From Candidatus Methanophagaceae archaeon (GTDB lineage: Archaea; Halobacteriota; Syntropharchaeia; Alkanophagales; Methanospirareceae), in assembly GCA_003194435.1 (NCBI GenBank), contig PQXC01000003.1, forward strand, positions 50,706-114,705: a stretch of 64,000 nt of DNA. The letters run 5' to 3'. Below, piece by piece: positions 46,756-56,817 of this stretch. The notes under the pieces are model-generated. The model saw nothing but the letters and a program-made list of their open reading frames with translations. It had not been told where the DNA came from and did not search any database. The position numbers were made by a program, and so were the translations under genes. Numbering within the stretch: the first letter of the stretch is position 1; each line of letters starts with the position of its first letter.

Positions 46756-48109
46756 ATGGCTCTCCATTTACGATCGTATATCTGACCGTGCCAGGGAATT
46801 CATAGCCCTCAAAAGGTGACCAGCCACATTTCGTACTCAACTGCTCAGACCTGACTTTCACACTCCTGTGTTCTAAAATCGTCAGGTTCGCTCGCTTACC
46901 CACCTCTACAATACCTCTATCCCGTAGCCCCAGGAACTTCGCTGGATTATATGAACACACCCTTGATATTAGCTCTGGACTAACCCCACAGGAATATATA
47001 AGCCATGCAACGAAACTACCGAAAGTATCGAGATTTGGGACACCTGCCGGTGCATCCATGAGACCGAGCGTCTTCTCCTCTATCGTGTGTGGTGCATGGT
47101 CGGTCACAAGGAAGTCTATCTCGCCCCGCTTGAACGCATCCAGCAACTGTCGCCTGTTTGATTCTGACCTTAATGGTGGGTTCGTCTTTAAAAGACCCTT
47201 CTTTATGTTCAGGTCATCGGTATTAAAGAAGAGATGGTGTGGTGTCACCTCACAATAAATCCTGGCTTTGCCTCTGCCTCTGCCACTGCGTCTTATAAGT
47301 AACAGGGAGTCATAAACAGATATATGAGCTATATTAACGCTGTTTCTTATACCAGAAGCGCAGCTCAGAACGCTTCTGACAGCCGATAGTTCCGCCTGGG
47401 CGGGTCGCAGCCATGAGTGGAGTTCAGCGCCAGCTCGCACATCCTTATTCTTCTCTAACTCTTCTCTACGGTTCTCTATCAGTTCCTGGTCCTCACAATG
47501 CACCACAATAGGCTTTGGCTTTGAATTCGAGGCTGCCTCAACTGCTCTTAGCGCTTCAGGTAGCACTTCCTGCCTGATATACAGGGGTCCATCAGCGAGG
47601 AATATCTTATAACCTATCGCTTCTTTGCTCATACCAGCCAACTCCTCCGTATTGGATTCAGTAACAGCGCCGTAGAAGAATATCTCCACCTCAGATTTCG
47701 ATTGCGCGAGTTCTTTCTTCGCTCTCAATCGTGCAGCATTTATTGCTGGCTGTGGCGTGTTTGGCATATCCGCAATGGTAGTTATACCGCCATGAATGGC
47801 AGCCGCAGAGCCAGACCTGAAGTCCTCTTTATAACTCCACTTCTCGCTACTATCCTCCCTGAGATGAGCATGCAGGTCAATAAAGCCAGGGAAAATCAGA
47901 CACCCTCTTACTTCTATATTCCGTTCACCAATTAAACCCTGTTTCTTCAGCTCGGTTATAAACGCTCCATCTATTCCTATCTGCACGGTATCATGCACCA
48001 CTCCCGAGCCCGGATTCACTATTTTACCCTCTACCACCAGATCATGGTGCATGTGCATCCTTTTTAAATAAAGGAAATAGAATAAAGAAATGGTGGGGTA
48101 TGTTTCCAA
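46730..48109 (-). CDS. pyrC: Dihydroorotase-type cyclic amidohydrolase.
   Basis: Metal-binding DLHAHLR and VTDHAPH motifs, plus FPGFID, identify it. Confidence 0.75.
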   Translation of the reverse strand: METYPTISLFYFLYLKRMHMHHDLVVEGKIVNPGSGVVHDTVQIGIDGAFITELKKQGLIGERNIEVRGCLIFPGFIDLHAHLREDSSEKWSYKEDFRSGSAAAIHGGITTIADMPNTPQPAINAARLRAKKELAQSKSEVEIFFYGAVTESNTEELAGMSKEAIGYKIFLADGPLYIRQEVLPEALRAVEAASNSKPKPIVVHCEDQELIENRREELEKNKDVRAGAELHSWLRPAQAELSAVRSVLSCASGIRNSVNIAHISVYDSLLLIRRSGRGRGKARIYCEVTPHHLFFNTDDLNIKKGLLKTNPPLRSESNRRQLLDAFKRGEIDFLVTDHAPHTIEEKTLGLMDAPAGVPNLDTFGSFVAWLIYSCGVSPELISRVCSYNPAKFLGLRDRGIVEVGKRANLTILEHRSVKVRSEQLSTKCGWSPFEGYEFPGTVRYTIVNGEPFIATSDAP

Positions 48110-48324
48110 ATAAGAGGATTCAGGGTATGATAGGGAAGAAGGTGCATGTGGAGATGAAGGGAGAGAAGAGCGTACTGGAAGGAGTGTTGCGAAGCGTGGA
48201 TGACTACCTGAATCTACACCTGAGTGCGGTGAATGAACTTCAGAATGGTGAGAAAAAGCGGCTGCTCGGCTCCGTGGTGGTAAGGGGCAATAATGTCGTG
48301 CTTATAAACCCCATGAAGGAATGA
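48100..48324 (+). CDS. Sm-like archaeal protein (LSm).
   Basis: Sm1/Sm2 motifs (KKVHVEMKGEKSVLEGVLRSVDDYLNLHL and RGNNVVLINP) are present. It overlaps proC by 4 nt. Confidence 0.8.
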   Translation: MFPNKRIQGMIGKKVHVEMKGEKSVLEGVLRSVDDYLNLHLSAVNELQNGEKKRLLGSVVVRGNNVVLINPMKE

Positions 48325-49136
48325 AGAGTGCAAAGGGTAAGAAGATAGGAATCATAGGCATTGGTAACATAGGGACTTCTATTCTCCGCGGATTACTGGC
48401 AACAGTGGATGATGCTGATGCCCGGTTTTTGATAAACGATTTGAGGCGGGAGAGTCTCGATGCTTTTGCAGGTGAGCCGAGGGTAGAGATATGTGAGAGT
48501 AATGAAGAACTGGCGAAGAAAGCGGAGATAGTGATCCTGGCAGTTAAACCAAAGGATGTGCGCATGGTTTTAGAGCCGATAGCGCCACTTATGACAGATA
48601 AGCTATTGATATCCGTGGCTGCCGGTGTATCAACAGCCGAGTTAGAGCGATATCTCGGTGAAGGGAAGCGAGTGATTCGGGTCATGCCAAATATAGGCGC
48701 GAGAGTTGGCGAATCAGTATCAGTGCTGTGCAGAGGCAGGAATGCTGTTGCTGACGATGAGGAGCTCGCTGATGAGATTTTCAGTGCTATTGGCTCGGTC
48801 TATCATATGAATGAGAGCGATATGGATGTTATAACAGGACTCAGTGGCAGTGGTATCGCATTCTTCGCCGAGGTGATAGATGCCATGGCGGATGCGGGCG
48901 TATATGAGGGGTTACCGAGAGGCTCGGCACTTACTATCGCCGCCAGGACCGCGCTTGGTGCGGCTCGAATGATCCTCGCAGGTGATGACCCTGCTACTAT
49001 AAAGGCAATGACTGCGTCACCAGGCGGTACAACAATAAGGGGGCTGTATGCAATGGAGTCACGAGCTGTGAGAGCGGCGATGATGGATGCGGTGATAGAA
49101 GCAACGAGACGAAGTAGAGAGATGAATAGGCGATGA
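48321..49136 (+). CDS. proC: Pyrroline-5-carboxylate reductase.
   Basis: An N-terminal Rossmann fold (IGIIGIGNIGTSI) and the C-terminal P5CR dimerisation domain (TASPGGTTIRG) support it. Confidence 0.8.
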   Translation: MKSAKGKKIGIIGIGNIGTSILRGLLATVDDADARFLINDLRRESLDAFAGEPRVEICESNEELAKKAEIVILAVKPKDVRMVLEPIAPLMTDKLLISVAAGVSTAELERYLGEGKRVIRVMPNIGARVGESVSVLCRGRNAVADDEELADEIFSAIGSVYHMNESDMDVITGLSGSGIAFFAEVIDAMADAGVYEGLPRGSALTIAARTALGAARMILAGDDPATIKAMTASPGGTTIRGLYAMESRAVRAAMMDAVIEATRRSREMNRR

Positions 49137-50101
49137 AGAACGATCTGATAGCACGGGTAATCGAGATACTGCAGGAAGCGGGTTTCATTGTCTCCAGCAG
49201 ATGTAAGGCAAAGAGCTTCGATCTGGCAGCGCGTAGGGGAGACTTAATCTTATTGGTGAAGGTATTGTACAACATAGACGGTCTGAGCGAGGAGATAGCG
49301 GGGAGTATAAAGCGTGCGGCATTTTCCTTACTTGCTTCCCCTGTTGTTGTGGGGGAGAGAAAAGGCAGTTTCTTCCTGGAAGACGATGTCGTCTACCGCC
49401 GGCATGGTATTCCTGCAATAAACATCAATACGCTCTATGATTATTTCATTGCAGGGGTGCGTCCTTACGTCTACTCAGCAACTGGAGGCTTATACGTGAA
49501 TATAAATGGTGAATTAATGCGGATAGCGAGGGAGAAGAAGAATCTCTCACTCGGCGATATAGCATCCCGTTTGGGCGTTTCCAGACGCAGTGTGAGTAAA
49601 TATGAGGGTGGCGGTGTGAGCACCACGATAAATATAGCACTGAAACTCGAGGAGATTCTGGATACTGCATTGATAGAGCCACTGGAGTTCTTAGCCCGGG
49701 ATCTGGAAGAACCTTTACCACCTGAGGTAACAGAAGCAGGTATAGATGATGCTACTTCGGACTTAGAACGAAGCATATTGGGCATGATGGAAGAGATAGG
49801 CTTTGAGATATTCACAACCACGCATGCACCCTTCAATGCCGTCTCACTCTCGCAATCGAGTAATGAGAGTATACGCATTCTTACGGGAATAAGTAAATAT
49901 ACCCAGCAGGTGATAAAAAGAGCGAGAATCCTCAGCAGTCTCTCGACCGTAACGAACACGCACTCAGTATTTGTGGTTAATGGTAATGTCAAGCGTGTGC
50001 AGATAGACCATACGGTATTGATGGAGAAGGAAGAGTTGAAGAAGATAAGAGACCCGGAAGAGTTCACATGTGTGATAAAGGAGAAGATGGGCGATGGCTG
50101 A
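49133..50101 (+). CDS. Putative HTH (XRE-like) transcriptional regulator with N- and C-terminal alpha/beta domains.
   Basis: The central segment [28 protein letters not shown] is a clear XRE-type HTH. The flanking domains have unknown function. Confidence 0.4.
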   Translation: MKNDLIARVIEILQEAGFIVSSRCKAKSFDLAARRGDLILLVKVLYNIDGLSEEIAGSIKRAAFSLLASPVVVGERKGSFFLEDDVVYRRHGIPAININTLYDYFIAGVRPYVYSATGGLYVNINGELMRIAREKKNLSLGDIASRLGVSRRSVSKYEGGGVSTTINIALKLEEILDTALIEPLEFLARDLEEPLPPEVTEAGIDDATSDLERSILGMMEEIGFEIFTTTHAPFNAVSLSQSSNESIRILTGISKYTQQVIKRARILSSLSTVTNTHSVFVVNGNVKRVQIDHTVLMEKEELKKIRDPEEFTCVIKEKMGDG

Positions 50102-50504
50102 GGTTGCGGTCGCTATCATAATGGGTTCAAGCAGTGATATGGGTGTGGCAGAGAAGGCGGCAAAGGTACTGGCAGAGCATAAAGTGCGTTATGAAACGCG
50201 TGTGCTATCAGCACACCGCGAGCCAGAAGCGCTGGAGCGGTATCTGAAGGAGATTGAAGATTCGGTAGCCGTGATAATAGCGATTGCGGGATTGTCCGCG
50301 GCATTACCGGGAATAATAGCGGCAAAGACCGACAAGCCTGTCATTGGAGTACCGGTGAGTGGCAAGCTGCTGGGAATGGATGCACTGCTTTCGATGGTAC
50401 AGATGCCTTCTGGCGTGCCCGTGGCTGTTGTAGGTATTGATAATGGCGAGAACGCGGCTCTGTTCGCACTTCGTATGCTGAAAAGCTTTAATCGCGGGCA
50501 ATAG
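50094..50504 (+). CDS. purE: PurE-family AIR carboxylase / N5-CAIR mutase.
   Basis: It has the N-terminal IIMGSSSD motif and a C-terminal flavodoxin-like fold. The 136-aa length fits short archaeal PurE. Confidence 0.75.
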   Translation: MAEVAVAIIMGSSSDMGVAEKAAKVLAEHKVRYETRVLSAHREPEALERYLKEIEDSVAVIIAIAGLSAALPGIIAAKTDKPVIGVPVSGKLLGMDALLSMVQMPSGVPVAVVGIDNGENAALFALRMLKSFNRGQ

Positions 50505-50967
50505 CTGTAATTCCGGTTCTGAATAGCTGTTTTATTCCAAAGTGCTTCATCAATTCTATAAATCGCTCTATTCGCTCAGGCTCATCTGTAAGCTCCAGTA
50601 TTATAGAATTAAAAGATGCATCAGCTATTTTCGCACCATAAGATTCCGCCAGCTGCATTACCTCAGTTCGTGCCTCCACATTCTTTGTATGCACCTTCAT
50701 GAGGCACAGGTCGCGGATAATCGCATCGTGCTCCTTCAAATCCACCACCTTTATCACCTCTATCAGATTGCTCAACTGTTTCCTCACCTTCTCCAATTCG
50801 CTCTCAGAGGCTTCTATCGTCACTGTCATCCTTGATAACCCCGGCTTCTCACACGGCGATACCGTAAGTGAAGAGATATTTATACCTCGCATTGTGAACA
50901 TACCCGACATCCGCGTCAGCACTCCCGGATTGTCTTCCACCAACAGCGATATCACACGCGTCTGCAT
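50488..50967 (-). CDS. ilvH: Acetolactate synthase small (regulatory) subunit.
   Basis: An ACT domain ([31 protein letters not shown]) is present. It overlaps ilvB. Confidence 0.8.
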   Translation of the reverse strand: MQTRVISLLVEDNPGVLTRMSGMFTMRGINISSLTVSPCEKPGLSRMTVTIEASESELEKVRKQLSNLIEVIKVVDLKEHDAIIRDLCLMKVHTKNVEARTEVMQLAESYGAKIADASFNSIILELTDEPERIERFIELMKHFGIKQLFRTGITAIARD

Positions 50968-52667
50968 CTCTCGGTTCCTATCATACCAGTTATACCACCA
51001 CCAGGCGGGATCATGGGGAGTACCTTATCCTCCTTCCCCACTATCATATCAAGCACTGCGGGCTTGCCTGACTCAAAAGCGTTCTTCAATGCCGATTTCA
51101 AATCCTCAGGCTTCTCCACTCGCTCCGCATAGCACCCAAAAGCCTCACCGAGCTTGATGAAATCAGGCGTTATACCCAGATTCGTATGCAAATATCTCTT
51201 ATCGAAGAACAGCTCCTGCCACTGCCTTACCATACCCAGATAGCGGTTATCGAAGATACAGACCACCACCGGGATATCATTCTCAACGCAGGTTGCCAGG
51301 TCATGGCAGGTCATCAGGAAACTACCGTCACCTGCAATATCCACCACCTGCTTATCCGGCGCCGCAACCTTTGCACCTATTGCCGCGGGGAACCCGAAGC
51401 CCATCGTGCCCAATCCACCGGAAGATATGAAAGTGCGGGGCTTCTTCGTCATATAATAATGCGCAGCGAACATCTGACACTGTCCCACCTCGGTCGTGAT
51501 GATTGTATCATCGTCCAGGAGATTATTGAGTTCTTTTATTAAAATATCTGATACTGATGACCCTGGTCTACGTATATCTTTTATGCACTCCTCACAGGCT
51601 GAATGCATCTCTTTTACACGTTGTAACCATACGCTTCCCTCACGTATGCTCTCTTTCTTAAGCCACTTCAGTATATCAGAAAGTGCAAGCTTCACATCTC
51701 CTACAATCGGGATATCCACCGGTATGTTCTTATTTATCTCGGCAGCATCCACATCCACCTGTATCAATGTTGCGTCAGGAGCAAACTGGTCAAGTTGCCA
51801 GCCGGTCAATCTGTCACTGAATCGTGTACCAAGTGCGAGCAGGGCATCACATTCGTTCAGTGCTCTGTTCGCATAGATACGCCCATGCATACCAGCCATA
51901 CCAAGACACAAAGGATGGCTTTCCGGTATTGCACCTTTGCCCATCAGTGTAGTGACAACGCCCGCGCCGAGTGTTTCCGCTAAAGTCCTTAATTCTTCCG
52001 TTGCATCCGCACTTATAACACCGCCACCTGCGAGAATGAGTGGACGTTCGGCATTTGCGAGCACCTCTGCTGCCTTCTTCGTCTGCACTTTATTCGGGTT
52101 TATATTTGGTTTATAACCCGGGAACGTCTCTTCTGGATGCAATTCCACCTCCACTTTACTCGCCTGGACATCCTTCGGCAGGTCAACCAGGACAACACCT
52201 TTCCTGCCGGTATTGGCGATATAAAAGGCATTATGAATGACACGTGGTAAATCCTCCGCTCGCGTCACCAGGAAGTTATGCTTCGTGATGGGCATGGTGA
52301 TTGTGAAGGTACTCGCCTCCTGAAAGGCATTGGAGCCTATTGCGGATGTGGGCACCTGCCCGGTCAGTGCAACGACAGGTGAAGAGTCCATGTTCGCATT
52401 TGTCAGTCCAGTAATGAGGTTTGTGGCACCTGGACCGGAAGTGGCGATACAAACGCCGGTTCGTCCAGATACACGTGCATAGCCATCAGCTGCGTGCGCT
52501 GCGCATTGCTCATGCCTCATTAATATATGCCTTATCTCCTCTGCCTGTTGCAGCGCCTCATAGAAATCCAGCAGTGCACCACCGGGTATACCAAAGGCTA
52601 CCTCCACACCTTCCTTCTTCAGTTCCTCCACCACTATCTCCGCACCGCTCAGCTTCTTGCCCGCCAT
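50952..52667 (-). CDS. ilvB: Acetolactate synthase large subunit (ThDP/FAD-dependent).
   Basis: It has N-terminal ThDP-pyrimidine, central FAD and C-terminal ThDP-PP domains (GDGSFLM...N). Its length is 571 aa. Confidence 0.9.
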   Translation of the reverse strand: MAGKKLSGAEIVVEELKKEGVEVAFGIPGGALLDFYEALQQAEEIRHILMRHEQCAAHAADGYARVSGRTGVCIATSGPGATNLITGLTNANMDSSPVVALTGQVPTSAIGSNAFQEASTFTITMPITKHNFLVTRAEDLPRVIHNAFYIANTGRKGVVLVDLPKDVQASKVEVELHPEETFPGYKPNINPNKVQTKKAAEVLANAERPLILAGGGVISADATEELRTLAETLGAGVVTTLMGKGAIPESHPLCLGMAGMHGRIYANRALNECDALLALGTRFSDRLTGWQLDQFAPDATLIQVDVDAAEINKNIPVDIPIVGDVKLALSDILKWLKKESIREGSVWLQRVKEMHSACEECIKDIRRPGSSVSDILIKELNNLLDDDTIITTEVGQCQMFAAHYYMTKKPRTFISSGGLGTMGFGFPAAIGAKVAAPDKQVVDIAGDGSFLMTCHDLATCVENDIPVVVCIFDNRYLGMVRQWQELFFDKRYLHTNLGITPDFIKLGEAFGCYAERVEKPEDLKSALKNAFESGKPAVLDMIVGKEDKVLPMIPPGGGITGMIGTERCRRV

Positions 52668-52765
52668 TTCTCAACTACGCACCACGCTATACATTTAGAT
52701 TACACCTGCCTTTAAATATACTTCTATCTTTGCATCCTGCATGGTGAAAGGAGAAGAAGAGAGAG

Positions 52766-53416
52766 ATGAGATATGACATGCACACACACTCGAAATACTC
52801 GCCTGATAGCATGCTCGAGCCACGAGCGATTGTGAAACGTGGGCGTAAGAGGGGGCTTGCCGGGGTTGCTGTGACGGACCACAACACGATAAAGGGGGGA
52901 TTGGAAGCGAAGAGATATGAAACGGAAGATTTTAAAGTGATTGTGGGTTCGGAGATAATGACGGACCGGGGCGAGATAATAGGACTCTTCCTCAATGAGG
53001 AGGTGGAACCAAAGGAATTAGAAGTGGTGACCGAGGAGATAAGAGAACAGGGTGGCATCGTTGTTGTGCCACATCCATTTGATAGAATACGCCCGGGCTT
53101 ACAACCCTCGGATGAGGATGCTAAGTTCTTTGATTGCATAGAGGGCTTCAATTCGAGATGTCTATTCCAGAGCTACAATAAGCGTGCGGTGGAATTCGCC
53201 AGCCGGCATAAGCTGCCAGTTACAGCGGGTAGTGATGCGCATTTCGGATGGGAGATTGGAAATGCGTTCATTCGAGCGAACGCAGACACACGCAGCGAAG
53301 AGGAACTGAGGCGAGATATACTAAAGAATAATGGGATTGAATACGAGGGTAGACTGAGTAACCCGCTGAACCAGTGCTTGAGCAAGGTACTTAAGATATG
53401 GAGAAGGGTTTGTTAG
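52766..53416 (+). CDS. PHP-domain metal-dependent phosphoesterase.
   Basis: MHTHSKYSPDS, VTDHN and PHPF motifs identify the PHP domain. Confidence 0.7.
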   Translation: MRYDMHTHSKYSPDSMLEPRAIVKRGRKRGLAGVAVTDHNTIKGGLEAKRYETEDFKVIVGSEIMTDRGEIIGLFLNEEVEPKELEVVTEEIREQGGIVVVPHPFDRIRPGLQPSDEDAKFFDCIEGFNSRCLFQSYNKRAVEFASRHKLPVTAGSDAHFGWEIGNAFIRANADTRSEEELRRDILKNNGIEYEGRLSNPLNQCLSKVLKIWRRVC

Positions 53417-53593
53417 AATTATATGTAGTCATGAGAGTCATAAGTAATGGGAATGCTTTCTCTTTAAACTTAAAAGAGAAAAGATTTTTCATCTCATCAT
53501 TAGTTTTATCGGTAAGCAAAATTCCATTAATCTCTTTATCCCATTTTATTTTAAACATCCCCCTTCACTCTCATCATTTGTCTTAGCCATGCT

Positions 53594-54985
53594 TTATGAC
53601 AGCCACTGCTTATAAAGCCCATGCTCCTTTAATACCTCCTTCGCACGCGCTCTCGCCTCCTGATGGCTCTTAATAAATGCGAACATCAATTCTGCCGCCT
53701 CCGATTTGCATGTTTTGCACGTTCGTTTGCCATTTTTGCATTCCTCAAATATCTCCCTTATGTATGCATCCTCATCCACCAGATGGAACATCAATAACTC
53801 ATAGACCGTGCATTCCTCAGGCAACCCACCCAATCGCTTCTGCTCCTCTACCGTTACACGACCACCCGTCTTCGCTCGCTTAACTTTAGCAGCAGCATCT
53901 TCTGGTGGCTCTGTTAGCGCTATATAACTCTCAGGCACACTTGATGACATCTTACCCCCGGTCAGCCCCTGCATGAACCGGTGATAAATAGCAGCAGGCA
54001 GGAAGAAGCCATAACCCCCATATTCCAGCTCCACTGCTCGCACTATTTCCTCTACCCCGTGCATGTATGCATCTATATCTATGTTACTCTCAGTAACAGG
54101 GGTGACAGGAGCGTGTATATATACATCCATGTGCATCTCGTGCATCTCATACCTATTGAGGCTGGGATACTTCTCTTCTATCCTCTTTGCTATCTCTTCC
54201 ACCGCTCCAGGCTTCGTACGCTTCACCCTTATGCTTATATACGGCTTGCGCTCCTTAGCAGTATATCGCTTCTCCACACGGAACATGCGCATCCGTGCAG
54301 CTATATCCCTTGTTAATCTTATGTGGGGGTCCTGATCAACGCCAACAGGAATAACTACCGGCTTTGGACCGCCATACTCAACCAGCTGTGGCTGCAATAT
54401 GTCCGCATTCTGTACCAGCACGCTTATCATGTGCGAGATGTTCACATCACCTGAAAATCCATATATCGCACTCAACTCACTGAAATTCACTTCCCTTCCC
54501 AACTCAAAAGCGAGGTCCTGCAATCTCTTATTACCGGACTGGAAATATATGTGACCACGCTCTATATCGAAACCCAGTGCTATGAGACTTAATATATATT
54601 CATTCACACCTATCTCGCGGCATTTATCCCATGAGAGTCCACGAACCGAATGCGATTCCATATCCGCAATACATGCGAACGCTTCTCCACCCATCCGCTG
54701 GTGCCAGATAATCTCGTCCATCACCATCTTACCACCGAGGTGAACACGACCGGAGGGCATGAAGCCACTCATCACTGCGAACCTGTCCTTCGTTTCCATC
54801 GCTCTTAGCACGTCCTCATAACCCCTATGCCCCATGATGATACCTCTTCTCATGTACAGATGCGGTTTCTCTATTCGCTCCAGAAGCGGTCCAAACCTGG
54901 TTATGCCAAATTCATCGAATAATCGCCTGTAATCCTTCCCCCTTATATCTGCAACACCCCAGGGGTCTATCTCTTTTACTCGCAT
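53594..54985 (-). CDS. trpS: Tryptophanyl-tRNA synthetase (archaeal/eukaryotic type) carrying an insertion of about 85-90 residues in the catalytic domain.
   Basis: The N-terminal DPWGV...DYRRLFDEFGI matches TPWEV..DY.KLIE.FG of archaeal TrpRS. It has a HIGH-region variant (SGFMPSGRVHLGG), DQDPH, and a KMSKS variant (GKMSSS). The C-terminus carries the Zn motif CKNGKRTCKTCK. An extra block (residues about 225-315) sits between DQDP and KMSSS. Confidence 0.8.
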   Translation of the reverse strand: MRVKEIDPWGVADIRGKDYRRLFDEFGITRFGPLLERIEKPHLYMRRGIIMGHRGYEDVLRAMETKDRFAVMSGFMPSGRVHLGGKMVMDEIIWHQRMGGEAFACIADMESHSVRGLSWDKCREIGVNEYILSLIALGFDIERGHIYFQSGNKRLQDLAFELGREVNFSELSAIYGFSGDVNISHMISVLVQNADILQPQLVEYGGPKPVVIPVGVDQDPHIRLTRDIAARMRMFRVEKRYTAKERKPYISIRVKRTKPGAVEEIAKRIEEKYPSLNRYEMHEMHMDVYIHAPVTPVTESNIDIDAYMHGVEEIVRAVELEYGGYGFFLPAAIYHRFMQGLTGGKMSSSVPESYIALTEPPEDAAAKVKRAKTGGRVTVEEQKRLGGLPEECTVYELLMFHLVDEDAYIREIFEECKNGKRTCKTCKSEAAELMFAFIKSHQEARARAKEVLKEHGLYKQWLS

Positions 54986-54994
54986 CGCTTTGCT

Positions 54995-55255
54995 CTACCC
55001 CAATATGTTTATCTCATACTCCTGAATAACGGGATTGGCAAGGAGCTTCTTACACATCTCTTCTACCTCGTGCCTCACCCTCTCCTCAGCCCCCTCCCTG
55101 TCACCATCTTCTACTTTTACATCTATTACAAACGTCTTAATTGTTCTCACTGCTACTACATTCGAGAATCCTAATAGATTTAATGCCTTCTTTGTATTCT
55201 CTCCTTCCGGGTCTGCAACTCCGTGCTTCAGTTTTATCTTTACCTCTACTTCCAT
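54995..55255 (-). CDS. purS: Phosphoribosylformylglycinamidine synthase subunit PurS.
   Basis: The 86-aa protein with KIKLKHGVADPEGENTKKAL is typical of PurS. Confidence 0.8.
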   Translation of the reverse strand: MEVEVKIKLKHGVADPEGENTKKALNLLGFSNVVAVRTIKTFVIDVKVEDGDREGAEERVRHEVEEMCKKLLANPVIQEYEINILG

Positions 55256-55308
55256 ATCTATTCTATTTATTGTGGTTTTATATCATTGGCTACTAACCAT
55301 AATTAATT

Positions 55309-55695
55309 ATGAGCATGGGCAGTGCTATTGGGACGGAAGCGGAAGAAAAAGTGGAACACTACCTCAAATTAAACAATAAATACCTCGATGAAGCGGAGGA
55401 GCTGATAAAGAAGAAAGATTACGTTCAAGCCTCGGAGAAGCTATGGGGCGCTGCGGCTGAAATGGTTAAAGTGGTAGCTGCGAAGAGGGGCATCGAGATA
55501 AAATCTCATCGCGAACTCTATAAATTCGTAGCAAAGCTGAAAACAGAACTTGGAGACCCAGAGCTATTAAGGCTGTTTAGTCTCGCTGGTGCCTTGCATC
55601 AGAACTTCTACGAGAACTGGTTACCACCAGCAACAGTGGTGGATCATGCAGAAGCGGTGAAGGAACTTGTAGCGAAGCTCAAGAGGGCTCTATAA
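55309..55695 (+). CDS. Small all-helical protein, HEPN/PaREP1-like. The assignment is tentative.
   Basis: The 128-aa predicted helical protein carries ASEKLWGAAAEMVK, reminiscent of archaeal PaREP1/HEPN-type families. No partner gene is adjacent. Confidence 0.25.
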   Translation: MSMGSAIGTEAEEKVEHYLKLNNKYLDEAEELIKKKDYVQASEKLWGAAAEMVKVVAAKRGIEIKSHRELYKFVAKLKTELGDPELLRLFSLAGALHQNFYENWLPPATVVDHAEAVKELVAKLKRAL

Positions 55696-55704
55696 AACAC
55701 TTTT

Positions 55705-56817
55705 ATGTGGAGGAGAGAGATGCAAGCAGCAACTTATAGCGCGGCGGGCGTAGATACAGCCCAGGAGGAGATTGGTTTAGCACAATTACTGACGCACGTG
55801 CGTAAAACGAGAGAGTTCAGGCGAAGCAGAGGTATCGGTGCACAGAAGCTGGATATAGGCTATTTTGCAAATGTGGTTGATATAGGACATGATATGGGAG
55901 TGGCAATCACAACTGACGGTGTCGGTACCAAGATACTGGTTGCACAAATGATGAATAAATACGACACTGTGGGGATTGATTGTGTCGCAATGAACGTTAA
56001 TGATATACTATGTGTAGGTGCCGAGCCTCTTTCTATGCTCGATTATATCGCGGTTCGTGCACCCAATCCGCGTTTACTTGGGGAAATAGGAAAAGGGCTA
56101 CTAAAAGGTGCCGAACTCGCACGAATAAATATCGCGGGTGGCGAGCTCGCACAACTGCGGGACATGTTAATCGGTGTGCGGACGAACTATGAATTTGACC
56201 TGGTGGGCACCGCGATAGGGGCAGTGTCCCTCAACCATCTGATTCTGGGGGAGAATATAAGAGAACACGACATTATTATTGGACTGAGAAGCAGTGGCAT
56301 ACACAGCAACGGGCTCAGTTTGGCACGCCATGTGATTGCGCAGCATCCAGAGATAATTAACCACCATTTTGAAGGACTGGATAATGATAAGACTCTTGGT
56401 GAGGAATTGCTCACACCCACCCACATCTATGTGCCGGAGGTCATGGATATGCTTACGCAGGGTCTTGATATAAAAGCACTCGTGCATATCACAGGCGGCG
56501 GATTATTGAATTTGAGTAGGGTGCACTCTCCTTTCGGGTTCGTGATAGACTACTTGCCAGAGCCACATGCAATATTCTCGATACTGCAAAGGCTTGGTAA
56601 TATCACGGAAGCGGAGATGTTCAGTGTCTATAACATGGGCATAGGATTCTGCGTCGTTGTAGGGGAGCATGATGCTGATGCGGTCATTGATACAGCGATG
56701 CGCCATGATGTTGAAGCCTACAAAATTGGTTATACGGTGAAGGATAAGGACAAGAAAGTCATTATAAAACCAAGAAACTTATATGGGCTCGGCAGTAAGT
56801 TCTACTCGCAGAGGTGA
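55705..56817 (+). CDS. purM: Phosphoribosylformylglycinamidine cyclo-ligase (AIR synthetase).
   Basis: The PurM N-domain ([29 protein letters not shown]) and C-domain are present. Confidence 0.8.
   Translation: MWRREMQAATYSAAGVDTAQEEIGLAQLLTHVRKTREFRRSRGIGAQKLDIGYFANVVDIGHDMGVAITTDGVGTKILVAQMMNKYDTVGIDCVAMNVNDILCVGAEPLSMLDYIAVRAPNPRLLGEIGKGLLKGAELARINIAGGELAQLRDMLIGVRTNYEFDLVGTAIGAVSLNHLILGENIREHDIIIGLRSSGIHSNGLSLARHVIAQHPEIINHHFEGLDNDKTLGEELLTPTHIYVPEVMDMLTQGLDIKALVHITGGGLLNLSRVHSPFGFVIDYLPEPHAIFSILQRLGNITEAEMFSVYNMGIGFCVVVGEHDADAVIDTAMRHDVEAYKIGYTVKDKDKKVIIKPRNLYGLGSKFYSQR

Noticed and set aside
53981-54335. Possible intein or separate ORFs within the TrpRS insertion region (plus-strand ORFs 53981..54316 and 54063..54335).
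   Set aside because: The inserted protein segment lacks intein splice-junction residues (no Cys/Ser at its N-boundary, no His-Asn plus Cys/Ser/Thr at its C-boundary) and is too short for an intein. The plus-strand ORFs are antisense artefacts.
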